From the NCBI GenBank assembly GCA_045533135.1, contig JAZSHG010000255.1:1-25189 (forward strand): 25,189 nt of DNA, read 5' to 3'. Positions within the stretch are counted from its first letter, which is position 1, and every line of letters starts with the position of its first letter. Shown here piece by piece: positions 23,898 to 25,189 of this stretch. The position numbers were made by a program, and so were the translations under genes. The notes below the pieces were generated by a model. It made no database searches. It was not told the origin of the DNA and saw only the letters and a list, made by a program, of their open reading frames with translations. The stretch comes from Acutalibacteraceae bacterium (lineage in GTDB: Bacteria; Bacillota; Clostridia; Oscillospirales; Acutalibacteraceae).

Positions 23898-24904
23898 AAA
23901 AACTACTTGCTATTATTTTGGTCATTGCTCTTTTGAGCATGCTTACAGCCTGCCAGACCGCACCCGAAAGCACTGACCAAGGCAACGACAAAACGCCGGA
24001 AAATCCGCCCACGCTTTCCATTGCCGCCATCCAAGGTCCCACAGGCGTTGGTCTTGTTAACCTGATGGCCGCAAAAGATAACGGCACAGCGAAGCTTGAT
24101 TATGATTTTGTTGTCTGCTCCTCGCCCGAAGAGGTGATCGGCAAAATCGTCAACCCCAGCGGTGAGGTATTGTTGGCTTCTGTTCCTACCAACGTCGCTG
24201 CATCGCTATATAACAAAACCAATGGCAATATTCGCATTCTCGCCATCAACACCGGTTGCGTACTAAACATTTTGGAAAATGGTAACACCATCAACTCCGT
24301 TGAGGACTTGAGAGGCAAAACCATTTATACCACCGGTCAAGGCGCTAACCCCGAATATGTACTGCGTTATTTGCTCACCAACAACGGTTTAGATCCCGAT
24401 AAGGATGTCAACATCCAGTTCCTTTCCGAAAACACAGAGCTGTCCACCTATCTGGTCAACGGTACTGCCACCGTCGCCCTGGTTCCCCAACCGATTGCAA
24501 CTGTGGTCATGACCAAAAATCAAAACCTGCGTGTCGCTTTGGATGTCGGCGCCCAGTGGCAAGCCATCACCAACGAAAGCCAGCCCTTGATGGGGTGCCT
24601 GATCGCAAAGAAAGACTTTGTTGAAAAGTATCCCGAAACCATCGCTACCTTCTTAAGCGAGTATAAAGCATCCATTGAAGCGGCAACGGCAGACGTGGCT
24701 ACCACTGCCGGCTACTGCGAAACCTACGGCATTATCGAAAAAGCCGCCATTGCACAAAAGGCTATTCCCAACTGCAAACTGCAATTTACCAGTGGCAGTG
24801 CCATGCAGGAGGCTTTGCAAGGCTATTATGAGATGTTGTATGCCGCCAATCCCAAGGCGGTAGGCAATGCTGTCCCCAAGGATGATTTCTACTATGTCCC
24901 CTAA
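23894..24904 (+). CDS. ABC transporter substrate-binding lipoprotein, SsuA/TauA/THI5-like
   Basis: Lipobox MKKLL..LSMLTAC, IQGPTGVGL, VPTNVAASLYNK, INTGCVL, DLRGKTIY..GQGANPEY and ALVPQP. ATG at 23894 overlaps the Crp gene stop. Substrate unknown. Confidence 0.9.
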   Translation: MKKLLAIILVIALLSMLTACQTAPESTDQGNDKTPENPPTLSIAAIQGPTGVGLVNLMAAKDNGTAKLDYDFVVCSSPEEVIGKIVNPSGEVLLASVPTNVAASLYNKTNGNIRILAINTGCVLNILENGNTINSVEDLRGKTIYTTGQGANPEYVLRYLLTNNGLDPDKDVNIQFLSENTELSTYLVNGTATVALVPQPIATVVMTKNQNLRVALDVGAQWQAITNESQPLMGCLIAKKDFVEKYPETIATFLSEYKASIEAATADVATTAGYCETYGIIEKAAIAQKAIPNCKLQFTSGSAMQEALQGYYEMLYAANPKAVGNAVPKDDFYYVP

Positions 24905-25006
24905 GCAAAAACGTATTCTGCGCGGATTTTTGGTAGCTGTTTTTTGGGTTTCGATTTGGGAATTGCTGGCACTATACGTCAATCAAGTGTTGTTGGTTCC
25001 TGCTCC
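24894..25006 (+). CDS. 5' fragment of a NitT/TauT-type ABC permease, cut off by the adapter artefact
   Basis: Hand translation MSPKQKRILRGFLVAVFWVSIWELLALYVNQVLLVPAP matches the W..lWel....v...lllP.P start of SsuC/TauC permeases. It overlaps the end of the substrate-binding gene. Confidence 0.75.
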
Positions 25007-25090
25007 AAGTCGGAGGCCAAGCGGTCTTAGGAAGACAAATTATTGTGCCAACTCCTTGGCTCACAGAACGACATGGCTACGATCCGACTT
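25007..25090. other. MGI/BGI DNBSEQ sequencing adapter with a 10-nt barcode (artefact)
   Basis: AAGTCGGAGGCCAAGCGGTCTTAGGAAGACAA (25007-25038), ATTATTGTGC (25039-25048), CAACTCCTTGGCTCACAGAACGACATGGCTACGATCCGACTT (25049-25090). The outer parts are the standard MGI adapter sequences. Confidence 0.97.
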
Positions 25091-25189
25091 AAAACGTATT
25101 CTGCGCGGATTTTTGGTAGCTGTTTTTTGGGTTTCGATTTGGGAATTGCTGGCACTATACGTCAATCAAGTGTTGTTGGTTCCTGCTCC
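25091..25189 (+). repeat. Exact 99-bp copy of 24908-25006 (library insert re-read; artefact)
   Basis: Base-for-base identical to 24908-25006 and separated from it only by the adapter. Confidence 0.95.

Noticed and set aside
25007-25189. Possible mini mobile element, CRISPR-like unit or internal duplication in the permease
   Set aside because: The intervening 84 bp are the MGI sequencing adapter plus barcode, so the duplication is a library artefact.

Overview
A 25.2 kb stretch of mostly core chromosome from an anaerobic Clostridia-class bacterium. An Oscillospirales/Ruminococcaceae-like gut organism is my inference from gene content and synteny. Gene order: ruvX and a MATE exporter (minus strand), queG, then the conserved darA-holB-ricT-ferredoxin-trmN6-rsmI block (the 56-aa ferredoxin is missing from the ORF track). 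Next come a membrane-anchored hypothetical protein, an AraC-rhaB-rhaA rhamnose module and a stand-alone GH129-like glycosidase. A minus-strand run follows: DUF1858, trmK, nif3-like, rqcH, a SigH-like sigma factor, a double zinc-ribbon protein and mscS. The rest is a membrane protein, an XRE regulator, a histidine phosphatase, a 627-aa surface protein, and a Crp/Fnr regulator with an SsuA/TauA-type ABC transporter. The most unusual observation is a 63-nt tRNA-like element (14578-14640, minus strand) in the 5' leader of the zinc-ribbon gene. It has D and T arms and most tRNA elbow tertiary-contact bases, but only a 3-bp stub in place of the anticodon arm and no CCA. The last 183 bp are a sequencing artefact: a complete MGI/BGI DNBSEQ adapter followed by a re-read of the preceding 99 bp. 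No mobile element, CRISPR array, rRNA or canonical tRNA was seen. All family calls come from motif recognition, not database searches.
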